A stretch of DNA of 64,000 bases from Candidatus Subterrananammoxibius californiae (lineage in GTDB: Bacteria > Planctomycetota > Brocadiia > Brocadiales > Subterrananammoxibiaceae): contig JAURAC010000002.1 in the NCBI GenBank assembly GCA_030586555.1, positions 1 through 64,000 of the forward strand, read 5' to 3'. Both the position numbers and the translations under genes were made by a program. Shown piece after piece: positions 37,925-47,602 of this stretch. The notes below the pieces were generated by a model, which saw only the letters and a list, made by a program, of their open reading frames with translations, was not told where the DNA came from and made no database searches. Positions within the stretch are counted from its first letter, which is position 1. Each line of letters starts with the position of its first letter.

Positions 37925-38997
37925 GGCTTTATTCCTTTATAATGGATTGAAAGGGCTATTCTGTCTATTAATGGTGCAAATATGTTCATAAAGATTATGG
38001 CAAACATGACACCTTCAACAAACCCGGTGAGGCCTCTTATTAACACGGTTATTATTCCCAGCATTATTCCGTATGCCCACTTACCACCATTGGTAAAAGG
38101 GGCGGAAACAGGGTCCGTCGCCATGAACATTGCCCCGAACAATAACCCCCCGGAAAGAATCTGAAAAAGAGGCGGGGCAAAGGACTTTGGCATGAGTAGT
38201 GACATTATAAAAGAAAATAGCGCAGCGCTTACAATGTATGAGATAGGCAACCTCCAGTTAGCCACCTTTGTAAGCATAAGGATAACACCGCCAATGATTA
38301 TAACGAGCTTGCAAGTCTCCCCGAGCGAACCGGAAATATTTCCAAAAAAGAGATTCCAGTACGACGGTATTTCTCCACTTCCCCGAAAATTTATCAATGG
38401 AGAAGCAGACGTAACCGCATCAACAGAATAAGCGGTAAAGCCTCCGAAGAATCCCTTTACTGGTTCCTGCCATGTGGTTGTCATGGTGGATGGGAATGTA
38501 ACGGTGAGGAAGATGCGTCCAACCATGGCAGGATTAAAGATATTCTTTCCTGTGCCGCCAAATACCTCCTTGCCAAAAACAAGCCCGAAAACAATCCCCA
38601 CTGCCGCCATCCAGATTGGAATCGTTGGTGGAAGAATTAATGGATAAATTATGCAGCTAACAAATGCGCCTTCACTTAACACCTCTTTTCTGATTACAGA
38701 AAAAACCGTCTCTGCGAGAATACCCGCTATATATGATGTAGCAATTATGGCTAATGCCCTCCAGCCGTAGAAGTAGATTGCAGCAATCGCTGAGGGGACG
38801 ATGGTTAAAACCACCGTTATCATGTACCGTTTATTATCAATATAGTCACGGATATGGGGTGCTGCAATGGTTACCTGTGATGTGCCAAAGAGGAAGGTGT
38901 CAACAGCATCTATCGGTTGTTTTAAGACCTGCAATGGCTTACTTACCTTCATGGTCTCATAGGTTTTGTCAAGCATTGCTCTGAGAAGCTGTATCAT
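37921..38997 (-). CDS. RnfD/NqrB-family membrane subunit
   Basis: PHIRD, KEVFGGTG.N.FNPA, DAVTSASPL, GSLGET, FMATDPVS, EGVMFAI..MN. Confidence 0.92.
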   Translation of the reverse strand: MIQLLRAMLDKTYETMKVSKPLQVLKQPIDAVDTFLFGTSQVTIAAPHIRDYIDNKRYMITVVLTIVPSAIAAIYFYGWRALAIIATSYIAGILAETVFSVIRKEVLSEGAFVSCIIYPLILPPTIPIWMAAVGIVFGLVFGKEVFGGTGKNIFNPAMVGRIFLTVTFPSTMTTTWQEPVKGFFGGFTAYSVDAVTSASPLINFRGSGEIPSYWNLFFGNISGSLGETCKLVIIIGGVILMLTKVANWRLPISYIVSAALFSFIMSLLMPKSFAPPLFQILSGGLLFGAMFMATDPVSAPFTNGGKWAYGIMLGIITVLIRGLTGFVEGVMFAIIFMNIFAPLIDRIALSIHYKGIKP

Positions 38998-40463
38998 ACA
39001 CTTACCCCTTCTTCTACAATCCTCCTTCTGCCCGCTTGAATATCCTCCATAAGAGGAATCTTTGCAGGACAGACGTAGGTACACAAACCGCAATCTATGC
39101 AGGCATATAGCTTTAGCTTAAGTGTTTCCTCGAGGGGGCCAAATCTGACGTATTTGCTTAATAGGTGAGGCATCATATCTACAGGACAAGCATCCGTACA
39201 GTACGTGCATACTATGCAAGGTCTGAACTCTCCATGTATGTTTGTATCGCTTCGCTTTTTCCAGAACGGGAAAATAGCAGATAAAAATGTATTTGAGAAG
39301 GAATGCCTGTTTATGCCGGGTCTCAGGAAGGTAAGAAATTCCCGCTTTTTGTTTTCTTCAAGGGCAACAATTGAAGATGTTGTTTTAGTTATAGGAACGG
39401 ATAAATCGCTCTGGGTGATGCCTGTCATAATGCCGCCTAATATAACCCTTTTTTCAACGTCCCCTTTTATCCTATGGGCTAATATGTGCTCAATGGGTGT
39501 TCCTACGCGGACTTTAACGGCAATATTATCTTTATAAGCAGAACCACCCAGGGTAACAATCCTTTCAATAAGGGGTTTTCCTTCAACTACCGCCTCGTAT
39601 GCATGAAGCACTGCCTGAACATCTAAAACTACTATGCCTATGTCAGCCGCATGGCCACCATACGGAACTACCCTGCTAAGTATTGTATTTGTAAGGACAG
39701 CTTCGTGTTCTTGAGGGTATTTTGGCTTTAAAGGATAGATGTGAAGCCACGACCCAAGCCCCGCTTGGGTGCCCCGACCTTTTGCGGCATTAATAAGCTT
39801 GATAATAATTTCATTATCCTGCCGATTTATTCCAATATGCACATTCGCTTTTGGCAGGGCTTGCCTTAAAATTCTTACCCCTGTAACAAATCTCTCTATC
39901 GCTTGCCCTGAACTTGTTTCAGGGTTGCCCTTAAGCAATATTTCATTAGTTGGTAAAAAGGGTTCTGTATTTACGGCATTAATTATAAGGTCGGTTATAT
40001 TTTCTACCTTAGCAGAGGACGTGTTATATCTTGTAGGGAAACCCGATGGACCTAAAGAGGTTACACCAGCCGTGTATAGAATCTTTCCTATTTCATCAGG
40101 TTTTTTACTTTCAAATTTTGGAGATGCCACCTCAATCTTTGTCCACCCTTTGGAACCGTCAGATTTGATAACAATCGCATAGACTTCATTGTTTAGATAT
40201 TTTATCTTGATAAACTGCTCTACGGTTCCATTAACACTGGCGAGTACGGGTGTCGAAATAGATGAATCGCGTATACCAATAACCTGGCCTGCCGTTACCT
40301 TATCGAGGGGCTTTACTGTGGGTGGGACTTCACTTCCGTATCCCTGTTTTAAAGGAATAATGACTCTGGCAGGTAGCGGTACTTCTTCTATCGTGGGTTT
40401 TGGGATGCCACTAAAATTTTTTAAAAAAAATCCACCACTAAATGTTTTTCTATATGCAAGCAA
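38994..40463 (-). CDS. RnfC/NqrA-family subunit retaining two 4Fe-4S motifs
   Basis: IPLKQ..G, ASV.GTV, GFPT, KYPQ, GG.MTG, CIVCTYCTDACP and CIDCGLCTYVCP. Confidence 0.88.
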   Translation of the reverse strand: MLAYRKTFSGGFFLKNFSGIPKPTIEEVPLPARVIIPLKQGYGSEVPPTVKPLDKVTAGQVIGIRDSSISTPVLASVNGTVEQFIKIKYLNNEVYAIVIKSDGSKGWTKIEVASPKFESKKPDEIGKILYTAGVTSLGPSGFPTRYNTSSAKVENITDLIINAVNTEPFLPTNEILLKGNPETSSGQAIERFVTGVRILRQALPKANVHIGINRQDNEIIIKLINAAKGRGTQAGLGSWLHIYPLKPKYPQEHEAVLTNTILSRVVPYGGHAADIGIVVLDVQAVLHAYEAVVEGKPLIERIVTLGGSAYKDNIAVKVRVGTPIEHILAHRIKGDVEKRVILGGIMTGITQSDLSVPITKTTSSIVALEENKKREFLTFLRPGINRHSFSNTFLSAIFPFWKKRSDTNIHGEFRPCIVCTYCTDACPVDMMPHLLSKYVRFGPLEETLKLKLYACIDCGLCTYVCPAKIPLMEDIQAGRRRIVEEGVSV

Positions 40464-40559
40464 GTTTAGTCACCAGCCAATCTAATAAGTGCAGTCCATT
40501 ATAAAGTCAAATTCGCTTTTTTGCAAGGAGTTTCGAACTTGGTTTTCATCCCAACGGGA

Positions 40560-40760
40560 TTAATCCTCTTCAACTAACTCAAAATTCTCCTTAGAACGTC
40601 CGCAATCAGGACAAGCTTCTGGAGGCGACTCGACCTCATGATGCAAGTACCCGCAAAAGGTGCATTTCCATACTAACTGCATATTCTTGCAAAGAGGACA
40701 ACTTGGTGTATAATGACATCCTTCGCTGTCGTCATTTATATTCATAACAATACCTCCCAT
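40560..40760 (-). CDS. Rubredoxin-like small protein (start uncertain)
   Basis: WKCTFCGY...CPDCG...F. Confidence 0.7.
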   Translation of the reverse strand: MGGIVMNINDDSEGCHYTPSCPLCKNMQLVWKCTFCGYLHHEVESPPEACPDCGRSKENFELVEED

Positions 40761-40814
40761 CCCTCCACCATTCCCTCCCTACTGAGGGAGAGGGAAGGGA
40801 GAGGTGGTGTTGAA

Positions 40815-41666
40815 TTATGTGAATTTCACATATAATCGTTCAATATCCAAACCGCCCTTCCCGCATTCCTCACTTATCGCATCAAGTCTTTCATTAAATG
40901 TAGGCTTATCAGTTTTATAGAAAAGCCCTACGTAAAGCTTTTTCTCATTAAGGGCAAGCGCTAAAGCCTTATTTCTATCCGTAATATCGTGCTCCTTGTC
41001 AATATCAACTACCTGTGCATTAAGCGACTGGAAGGTAACTACCCTGTTATAGGTAACGCAAGGACTCAGGACCTGGATGAAAGAGAACCCCTTATGTTCC
41101 ACCGCCTTGATAATTAAATCAATTAATTGGTCTATCTTTGATGACCCTGAATATCCCCTTGCGACAAATGTGCTGCCATATATAAGAGACAGGGCAATTG
41201 GGTCGAGCGGTTCTTCTATGGTACCGTAAGGGGAGGAGCCACTCTCAAAATCTAATTCGCTTGTAGGTGAACACTGTCCCTTGGTCATACCGTAGATGGC
41301 GTTATCCATGAGTATATATGTGATGTCAACATTTTTCCTTGCGGCATGGGGAAGATGCCCTGCGCCGATACTTAAACCGTCCCCATCCCCACCTGCCACA
41401 AAAACGGTTAAGGATGGATTTGCCGCCTTTATGCCTATTGCAACTGGAAGGGCGCGCCCATGTGCGCCGTGAAAGCCGTAAGCCTTAACAAAATCTGGCA
41501 GCCTGCTCGAACATCCTATGCCTGACACAATGACGACGTCCTTTGGGTTAACCTTCTTCACGCTAAGCGCCTTGTATAGCGCCGCAAGAACGCCGTAATC
41601 GCCGCATCCTGCACACCAGACAGGCTTTGTCCTGCTTCTATAATCAAGTGGAGTATAAGTAATCAT
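40815..41666 (-). CDS. 2-oxoacid:ferredoxin oxidoreductase beta subunit
   Basis: WCAGCGD, SGIGCS, HGRALP, GGDGD...IG, DNAIYGMTKGQ.SPT, SPCVT. Confidence 0.95.
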   Translation of the reverse strand: MITYTPLDYRSRTKPVWCAGCGDYGVLAALYKALSVKKVNPKDVVIVSGIGCSSRLPDFVKAYGFHGAHGRALPVAIGIKAANPSLTVFVAGGDGDGLSIGAGHLPHAARKNVDITYILMDNAIYGMTKGQCSPTSELDFESGSSPYGTIEEPLDPIALSLIYGSTFVARGYSGSSKIDQLIDLIIKAVEHKGFSFIQVLSPCVTYNRVVTFQSLNAQVVDIDKEHDITDRNKALALALNEKKLYVGLFYKTDKPTFNERLDAISEECGKGGLDIERLYVKFT

Positions 41667-43390
41667 CTCTTGTATAAATCCTTTACTTTATTATAAATTT
41701 CCCCTGCCGTAAAGGGAATCCCTCCGCAGATGTTGAATGATGTAACTTGAATCTGGTACCTTTCCCGCAAGAGGTTTGCAAACTGACCCGTATAATTTAT
41801 CTCCGGAACAAGGATTACTTTTTTATCCTTAAGAAACTCTATAATCGCCCTATCCGGCAATGGATTTAGAACCTTCGGGTATAAGGCTTCTATTTCATAT
41901 CCCTCTGTTGTGAGCCTTTCGAGGGCTTCCCTTAATGCCCCTTCCGTTGCGCCCCAGCCGATTATTCCTGTCTTTGCATGTTGCGTGCCGTATCTCTCGA
42001 GCATGACAAGGTCGTCTGAATTATTCTGTAATTTCCTGAAACGTTTTGCGGTCATCTGGAAATGATTTTCAGGGTTGTAACTTGGCGCACCATATTCGTC
42101 ATGTTCCAACCCCTGCGCTACATAATAACCCCCCTCTTCACCCGGAAATGTTATTGGAGAGATACCGATCGGAGTCATTTTATATCTGCGATAATCCCGT
42201 AGTTCATCAGCATTGGGCTTTAGTCTTTCGGTCTGTTTTACGCCTGTCAAAACTGGCCGATTAATACTTTCCTTCCTATGCCCTAAGGATTGGTCTGACA
42301 ACACTATTACAGGTAATTGATATTTTTCAGCTAAATTAAAGGCGTTTACGGTCTGATAAAAACAGTCTTCAACATTTGTAGGGGCTAAGACAATCCTCGG
42401 CGCCTCTCCATGCGCTCCGTACAGGGCAAGGTTTAAATCTGATTGTTCCGTTTTGGTGGGCATTCCTGTGCTGGGACCGCCTCGCTGGACGTCTACGATT
42501 ACGGCTGGAATTTCCGCTATGCTTGCAAGACCTATAAGTTCAACCATCAATGAAAGTCCGGGACCTGACGTGGCTGTGAATGCCCTTTGACCAGTAAACG
42601 ATGCCCCCAAAACCATGCCCAATGCGCTAATCTCATCCTCTGCCTGAATAACTGTACCGCCAACCTTTGGCAATTCAGATGCTAACCACTCCATCAGGTC
42701 CGTAGCAGGGGTAATAGGATAGCCGGCGAAGAATTTGCAGCCACCCATTAATGCACCGAGGGCGATTGCCTCGTTGCCCGATATAACTATTTTTTCGGTC
42801 TTTCCAATCGGCTTAAACTGGTTGGAAGTAGTGCCAATATCGTACCGTTTAGCGTAGTCGAAGCCCAATTTCAGTGCCAGCAGGTTCTTTTCAACGGTAG
42901 GATGGCTCTTCTTGGATGTCTTTTCTTTTATAATACCTTCGAGGATGGAATAATCCATACCGAGGATATTACTTATTGCACCGAGGGCAACCATGTTTTT
43001 GCATCTGTAAGCGCCGACATCCTTACTTACAATTTCAGTCATCGGGATAGGATAGCTTGTTATATTCCTATTAGAAGGCGCAACCCATCGTTCCTCCAAT
43101 GTTCCATCCCAGAGCAGGACTCCGCCTCTCTTTAAATCCTTCAAGTGCTCGTCACGCGCCTCGTCATTCAGTGCAAGAAGTGCATCCAGAGTGTCACCCT
43201 GAGAAAGAAGGCTTTTATCACCCGCCCTTAGCTGAAACATAGACGGTCCCCCTCTTACCTCGGCAGGATATGTCCTGAAGGTGTAAATATTAAAACCCGA
43301 ACGGGCTAATGTCAGGGTAATGATTTCACCGGTAAGTACGATACCCTCACCAGATTCCCCGGCAATCCTGATAACATAATCCGTTGACAT
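41663..43390 (-). CDS. 2-oxoacid:ferredoxin oxidoreductase alpha (gamma-alpha fused) subunit
   Basis: AGESGEG, AEVRGG, GYPITPAT, QAEDEI, TATSGPG, QRGGPSTGMPTKTEQ. Confidence 0.95.
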   Translation of the reverse strand: MSTDYVIRIAGESGEGIVLTGEIITLTLARSGFNIYTFRTYPAEVRGGPSMFQLRAGDKSLLSQGDTLDALLALNDEARDEHLKDLKRGGVLLWDGTLEERWVAPSNRNITSYPIPMTEIVSKDVGAYRCKNMVALGAISNILGMDYSILEGIIKEKTSKKSHPTVEKNLLALKLGFDYAKRYDIGTTSNQFKPIGKTEKIVISGNEAIALGALMGGCKFFAGYPITPATDLMEWLASELPKVGGTVIQAEDEISALGMVLGASFTGQRAFTATSGPGLSLMVELIGLASIAEIPAVIVDVQRGGPSTGMPTKTEQSDLNLALYGAHGEAPRIVLAPTNVEDCFYQTVNAFNLAEKYQLPVIVLSDQSLGHRKESINRPVLTGVKQTERLKPNADELRDYRRYKMTPIGISPITFPGEEGGYYVAQGLEHDEYGAPSYNPENHFQMTAKRFRKLQNNSDDLVMLERYGTQHAKTGIIGWGATEGALREALERLTTEGYEIEALYPKVLNPLPDRAIIEFLKDKKVILVPEINYTGQFANLLRERYQIQVTSFNICGGIPFTAGEIYNKVKDLYKR

Positions 43391-43418
43391 GCTATTAATG
43401 GCAGGACTAATTCTTTTC

Positions 43419-43814
43419 TCAGTGTCCAGTTTTTTTTAGATAATCATTAATTGCAGCTTCGATACCTTCCTGAGCCAGCACAGAGCAGTGCATCTTTATC
43501 GGCGGCAAGCCGTCAAGAGCCTCAGCTACCGCCTGATTGGTAATGCCCTTTGCCTCTTCGACAGACTTACCCTTTATCATTTCAGTTGCCATGCTGCTCG
43601 TTGCGATAGCGGCGCCGCAGCCAAATGTCTTAAATTTTGCGTCAACAATAATCCCATCCTTTACCTTTAAAAAGAGCCTCATTACGTCCCCGCAGGCGGG
43701 ATTCCCTACCGTACCTACGCCATCTGCATCCGCAATCTCTCCCATATTGCGGGGATTCATAAAGTGGTCCATCACCTTTGCGCTATACGGACCCAATGTC
43801 TTATCGTTAGACAC
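43419..43814 (-). CDS. iscU: Fe-S cluster scaffold IscU/NifU-N
   Basis: YS.KVMDHF.NPRN.G, GNPACGD, FGCGAAIA, LPP.KMHCS; GTG start with AAGGAGG RBS. Confidence 0.93.
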   Translation of the reverse strand: MSNDKTLGPYSAKVMDHFMNPRNMGEIADADGVGTVGNPACGDVMRLFLKVKDGIIVDAKFKTFGCGAAIATSSMATEMIKGKSVEEAKGITNQAVAEALDGLPPIKMHCSVLAQEGIEAAINDYLKKTGH

Positions 43815-45018
43815 GTATGCCTCCTTGCCCGTCATTGATTGGGCGGGACTTAATCTCATCATCGTATAATGGTGACATCTGCCAGCATTTTTCTACAACC
43901 TTTGGCAGAACATCAAGAAAATAATCAACGTCTTCCATCGTATTATCCTTTCCGAAGCTTACGGTTATCGAGCCGTGGCAAACGTCCGGCGGAACACCAA
44001 TGGCAGTTAGTACATGGGATGCCTTCAAATCCGGGGAACTACAGGCTGACCCGCTTGCAACGGCAATACCATTATAGTTCAAGAACAGAACTAACGTTTC
44101 CCCCTCAGCAAATGATATCCAGAAGCTTACATGCCCTGGCAATCTTTTCAAGATATGTCCTGTAAAATGAAAGTATTTTAATCTATTGGGCAGCTCGTGT
44201 ATTAGTTTGTCTCTGAGTGGTATGAGGTGTTCAATCCTTGAGTTCATCTCAAGCCTTGCCAGTTCAGCAGCCTTTCCCATGCCTACTATGCCAGGGACAT
44301 TATCCGTACCCGGCCTCCTTCCGCCTTCCTGCGCGCCACCCTTGAGGATTGGTACAATATCCACCCCTTCCCTCAAATAAAGCGCTCCAACACCTTTTGG
44401 TCCGTAAAATGCGTGACCAACCATACTTAAGGCATCAACCCCTAATTCAGCCACATATACCGGTATAATGCCTGCCGTTGCCACTGCATCTGTGTGGAAA
44501 AGGACGCCTCGTGCCTTCGTTATTGAACCAATTTTAGCTATTGGCTCAATAACCCCTATTTCATTATTCGCGTGCATTATTGATATAAGTATCGTGTCCC
44601 TGTTAATAGCCTTTGCCACGTCATCCGGGTCAACCAATCCGTCTTTATCCACCTTTAGATATGTAACCTTAAAACCCATTCTTTCCAGGTCTCTTGCAGT
44701 GTAGAGAACCGAAAAATGCTCAATTTCGGAAATAATAATGTGCTTACCTTTTCCCTGATGGGCAAGTGCAAGACCCTTTATAGCCATATTGTTTGCTTCG
44801 GTACCGCTGAACGTAAAGATTATCTCCTGCGGTTTTGCCGAGATTAACTCAGCAACCTTAACTCTTGCCTCCTCGACGGCATTCTTCGCCTTTAATCCGT
44901 ATTCATGAAGATGTGCAGCAGGATTGCCAAAGGTCTCCGTAAAAAAAGGCAACATAGCCTCTACGACCCTTGGGTCTGCAGGCGTCGTAGTTACGTAGTC
45001 AAAATAAACCCTTCTCAT
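43807..45018 (-). CDS. iscS: IscS/NifS-family cysteine desulfurase homologue lacking the PLP lysine
   Basis: Y.DY..TTP, FGNP, GTEANN, IEH.SV, ANNEIG, HTDA, SGSACSS. The usual HKxxGPKG reads HAFYGPKG. Confidence 0.9.
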   Translation of the reverse strand: MRRVYFDYVTTTPADPRVVEAMLPFFTETFGNPAAHLHEYGLKAKNAVEEARVKVAELISAKPQEIIFTFSGTEANNMAIKGLALAHQGKGKHIIISEIEHFSVLYTARDLERMGFKVTYLKVDKDGLVDPDDVAKAINRDTILISIMHANNEIGVIEPIAKIGSITKARGVLFHTDAVATAGIIPVYVAELGVDALSMVGHAFYGPKGVGALYLREGVDIVPILKGGAQEGGRRPGTDNVPGIVGMGKAAELARLEMNSRIEHLIPLRDKLIHELPNRLKYFHFTGHILKRLPGHVSFWISFAEGETLVLFLNYNGIAVASGSACSSPDLKASHVLTAIGVPPDVCHGSITVSFGKDNTMEDVDYFLDVLPKVVEKCWQMSPLYDDEIKSRPINDGQGGIRV

Positions 45019-45096
45019 TGTTAGATTTCCATAAATAAGATAAGTACCTTTAATGTTAGATGAAATCTACATAAGCACAGTTTCGCACATTCTTAC

Positions 45097-45124
45097 GTAG
45101 AGACGCAAAATTTTGCGTCTCTAC
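45097..45124. repeat. Perfect 28-bp GTAG-family palindrome, intergenic
   Basis: GTAGAGACGCAAAATTTTGCGTCTCTAC. Confidence 0.85.
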
Positions 45125-45137
45125 CACCTGCAGGGAT

Positions 45138-46184
45138 TTAAACCAAACCTGCCGTTTCCTCCACCCCACACATAACATTCATGTTCTGTACAGCCTGACC
45201 CGAAGCGCCCTTAATCAAGTTGTCAATACACGAAATGACTACAACACGTTCCCCAACCACCCTTACCGCAATGTCGCAAAAGTTTGTACCGACAACGTCC
45301 TTGGTTTTTGGCAGCTCATCACCCTGCTTAATACGCACAAATGGCTCATTGCGGTAGAACTCATTAAAGACATCCATGATTTCAGAGTAGGGGCGACTCG
45401 CCGAGTCGCCCCTACCGACTAACTTTGCGTATATGGTTGATAGTATCCCCCGATTCATAGGTACTAAATGTGGCGCAAAACAAATTGATATATTGCTACC
45501 CGCCACCATAGATAATATTTGTTCTATCTCAGGGGCATGACGATGCGCACCAACGTTATATGCCTCGACATTCTCATTACACTCGCAGTAATGGGTATCC
45601 TCACGTGGTTCGCGTCCACGCCCTGATACGCCCGACTTTGCATCAATAATTATATCATCGAGATTGATATGTAGGGGCACGTTGCAACGCGCCCCTACCA
45701 ATGGGGCTAACCCCAGTATTGCAGACGTTGGATAACAACCGGGGTTACTGACCAACCTGGCATTTTTTATATTATCCCTGAAAAGCTCGGGGATGCCATA
45801 TACCGCTTCCTTAAGATTTGCAGTATCAGTGTGGCTTACCTTGTACCATTTTTCGTAAATGCCCTTATCCTGAAAACGATAATCTGCGCTAAAGTCTATC
45901 ACCTTCACGCCTGCTTGTAAAAACCTCGGCACATATTGCATAGCAATCGTTGGCGGTAGCGTAACGAAGACGAGGTCTGTTCCCTTGGGCATTTCCTCTG
46001 GATTCATCCCCGTGCAGCGAAGTTCAAGAATCTTCTGAAGCGAAGGAAATATCTCAGAAATCCTTGGATTGCCCTCCTTCCGTACGCCGAGATAAACAAT
46101 CTCCACTGCTGGATGCTTAACCAGAAGCTTTATCAGTTCCAGACTTGTGTATGCCGTTGCGCCTACAACGCCAACCTTAACCAT
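45138..46184 (-). CDS. argC: N-acetyl-gamma-glutamyl-phosphate reductase
   Basis: VIDFSADYR, AVYG.PE, NPGCYPT, SGVSG.GR, HRH.PEI, PHL.PM.RGI, DNL.KGASGQA.QN.N. Confidence 0.96.
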   Translation of the reverse strand: MVKVGVVGATAYTSLELIKLLVKHPAVEIVYLGVRKEGNPRISEIFPSLQKILELRCTGMNPEEMPKGTDLVFVTLPPTIAMQYVPRFLQAGVKVIDFSADYRFQDKGIYEKWYKVSHTDTANLKEAVYGIPELFRDNIKNARLVSNPGCYPTSAILGLAPLVGARCNVPLHINLDDIIIDAKSGVSGRGREPREDTHYCECNENVEAYNVGAHRHAPEIEQILSMVAGSNISICFAPHLVPMNRGILSTIYAKLVGRGDSASRPYSEIMDVFNEFYRNEPFVRIKQGDELPKTKDVVGTNFCDIAVRVVGERVVVISCIDNLIKGASGQAVQNMNVMCGVEETAGLV

Positions 46185-46253
46185 GTTTTAATGATAACAG
46201 TCGCCCCTAAAAAGTCAATTGCAAAATAACCGATAGCGTGTTATTTTAATAGC

Positions 46254-47453
46254 ATGAGAGAATCAAATAACGTAATTCGAGAAGAATTTCTCTTGCTAAC
46301 AAAGAGGCTAAAACTTGATACCGGTTCTATACCCTTGGATATCATTGGGACGCCAGAATGCACCCCATCGTTTCTTGACAATCATTTTGCAATGCTAACG
46401 AAGGATAAGTGCTCAAACCTCTTTGTAGGCCCCTATTTGAAGGGTGGCATGGACAAACTTGTTTGTCCGTGCTCAAGGCTATCAGATAGCGCCCTCGATT
46501 TGCTGACTGCCGTATATAAGAAGCTTTTTCTGCCTAACAGACAAATACGGTTCATCGGGGTGGACTTAGATGATTGCCTCTATGACGTTACACCAATCAG
46601 GCATCGGCTGGTACAAAAAATCCATACAGCGCTTAAGCCCTCCCCCCTGTCATTGCGAGCCGAAGGCAAAGCAATCTCCTGGGCGCTTTATAGTGCATAT
46701 AAGGATGATTTAGAGGCAGAAGCTATTAAGAAACAAAAGGCAAAGGCGAGTCTCGAGTCGAGAGTCATGAGTCTTGGGTCTGGACTCAGGACTCCAGACC
46801 CCAGACTCATAGACTCTTATATAGAAAGAACCTATCATGCCTATAAGGATTTCTCAAGGCTTGACAACCCTGACATACGTGCCCTATACAAACCTTATAA
46901 AGGTGTTAAGGGCACTTTAAGGGATTTAGTGGGCAGTGGCTTTATAGTAGGTATCCTTACAAACGGACCGTCAAGGTTTCAGAAGGATAAAATAGGCTTA
47001 TTGGGCCTAAAAGAGGGTAAGCACTTTAATTTTGTTACGGTCTCAGAGGAAACTGGCATTGGAAAGCCATCGAGAAGATTTTTTAAGCTTGCCAGAGAAA
47101 GAGCCTCTCAATTCGTCGTTCGTCGCTCGCCGCTCGTCGCTCGGAAGGCGGGCGACGAGTCACGGGTCACGAGCGACGAGTGTTTGATACTTGAAGACCA
47201 GGTAAAAAACATCTCCGGGGCAGACGGCTGGCTCAAGGTGCAATTTCTCCGAGGGTATCATTCAAACATCCAGCCTGAAAATGTCCATGAAATACCGAAA
47301 TATGGGATAACGAGTTTTTCACTTATACCAGATTTAATAAAACTTGAAAAAGATAGTGATTTTCAAGCCGTATCGGGAAGTTATTTTATACTGAAGTCGC
47401 TGTTGCTGATAGCCTATAATTTATGTTATGAATCTCCACTACTGTCAATTTGA
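46254..47453 (+). CDS. HAD-superfamily hydrolase with N-terminal extension and three repeat-derived inserts
   Basis: DLDD.LYD, GILTNG...Q..KI..LGL, SEE.G..KP...FF. Confidence 0.75.
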   Translation: MRESNNVIREEFLLLTKRLKLDTGSIPLDIIGTPECTPSFLDNHFAMLTKDKCSNLFVGPYLKGGMDKLVCPCSRLSDSALDLLTAVYKKLFLPNRQIRFIGVDLDDCLYDVTPIRHRLVQKIHTALKPSPLSLRAEGKAISWALYSAYKDDLEAEAIKKQKAKASLESRVMSLGSGLRTPDPRLIDSYIERTYHAYKDFSRLDNPDIRALYKPYKGVKGTLRDLVGSGFIVGILTNGPSRFQKDKIGLLGLKEGKHFNFVTVSEETGIGKPSRRFFKLARERASQFVVRRSPLVARKAGDESRVTSDECLILEDQVKNISGADGWLKVQFLRGYHSNIQPENVHEIPKYGITSFSLIPDLIKLEKDSDFQAVSGSYFILKSLLLIAYNLCYESPLLSI

Positions 47454-47602
47454 CAGTCTTCAGGCGTAGCAAGGAAACGCTTTGAAACAGAGGTTCGGAA
47501 ATTCCTTGACAAAGACATGGGTTTAGACAATAATTGGGCCGATAGCCAAAAATGGTCTTATAATTGGCATCAAATATAGTATTAGAAAGGATGTGAAATA
47601 GG

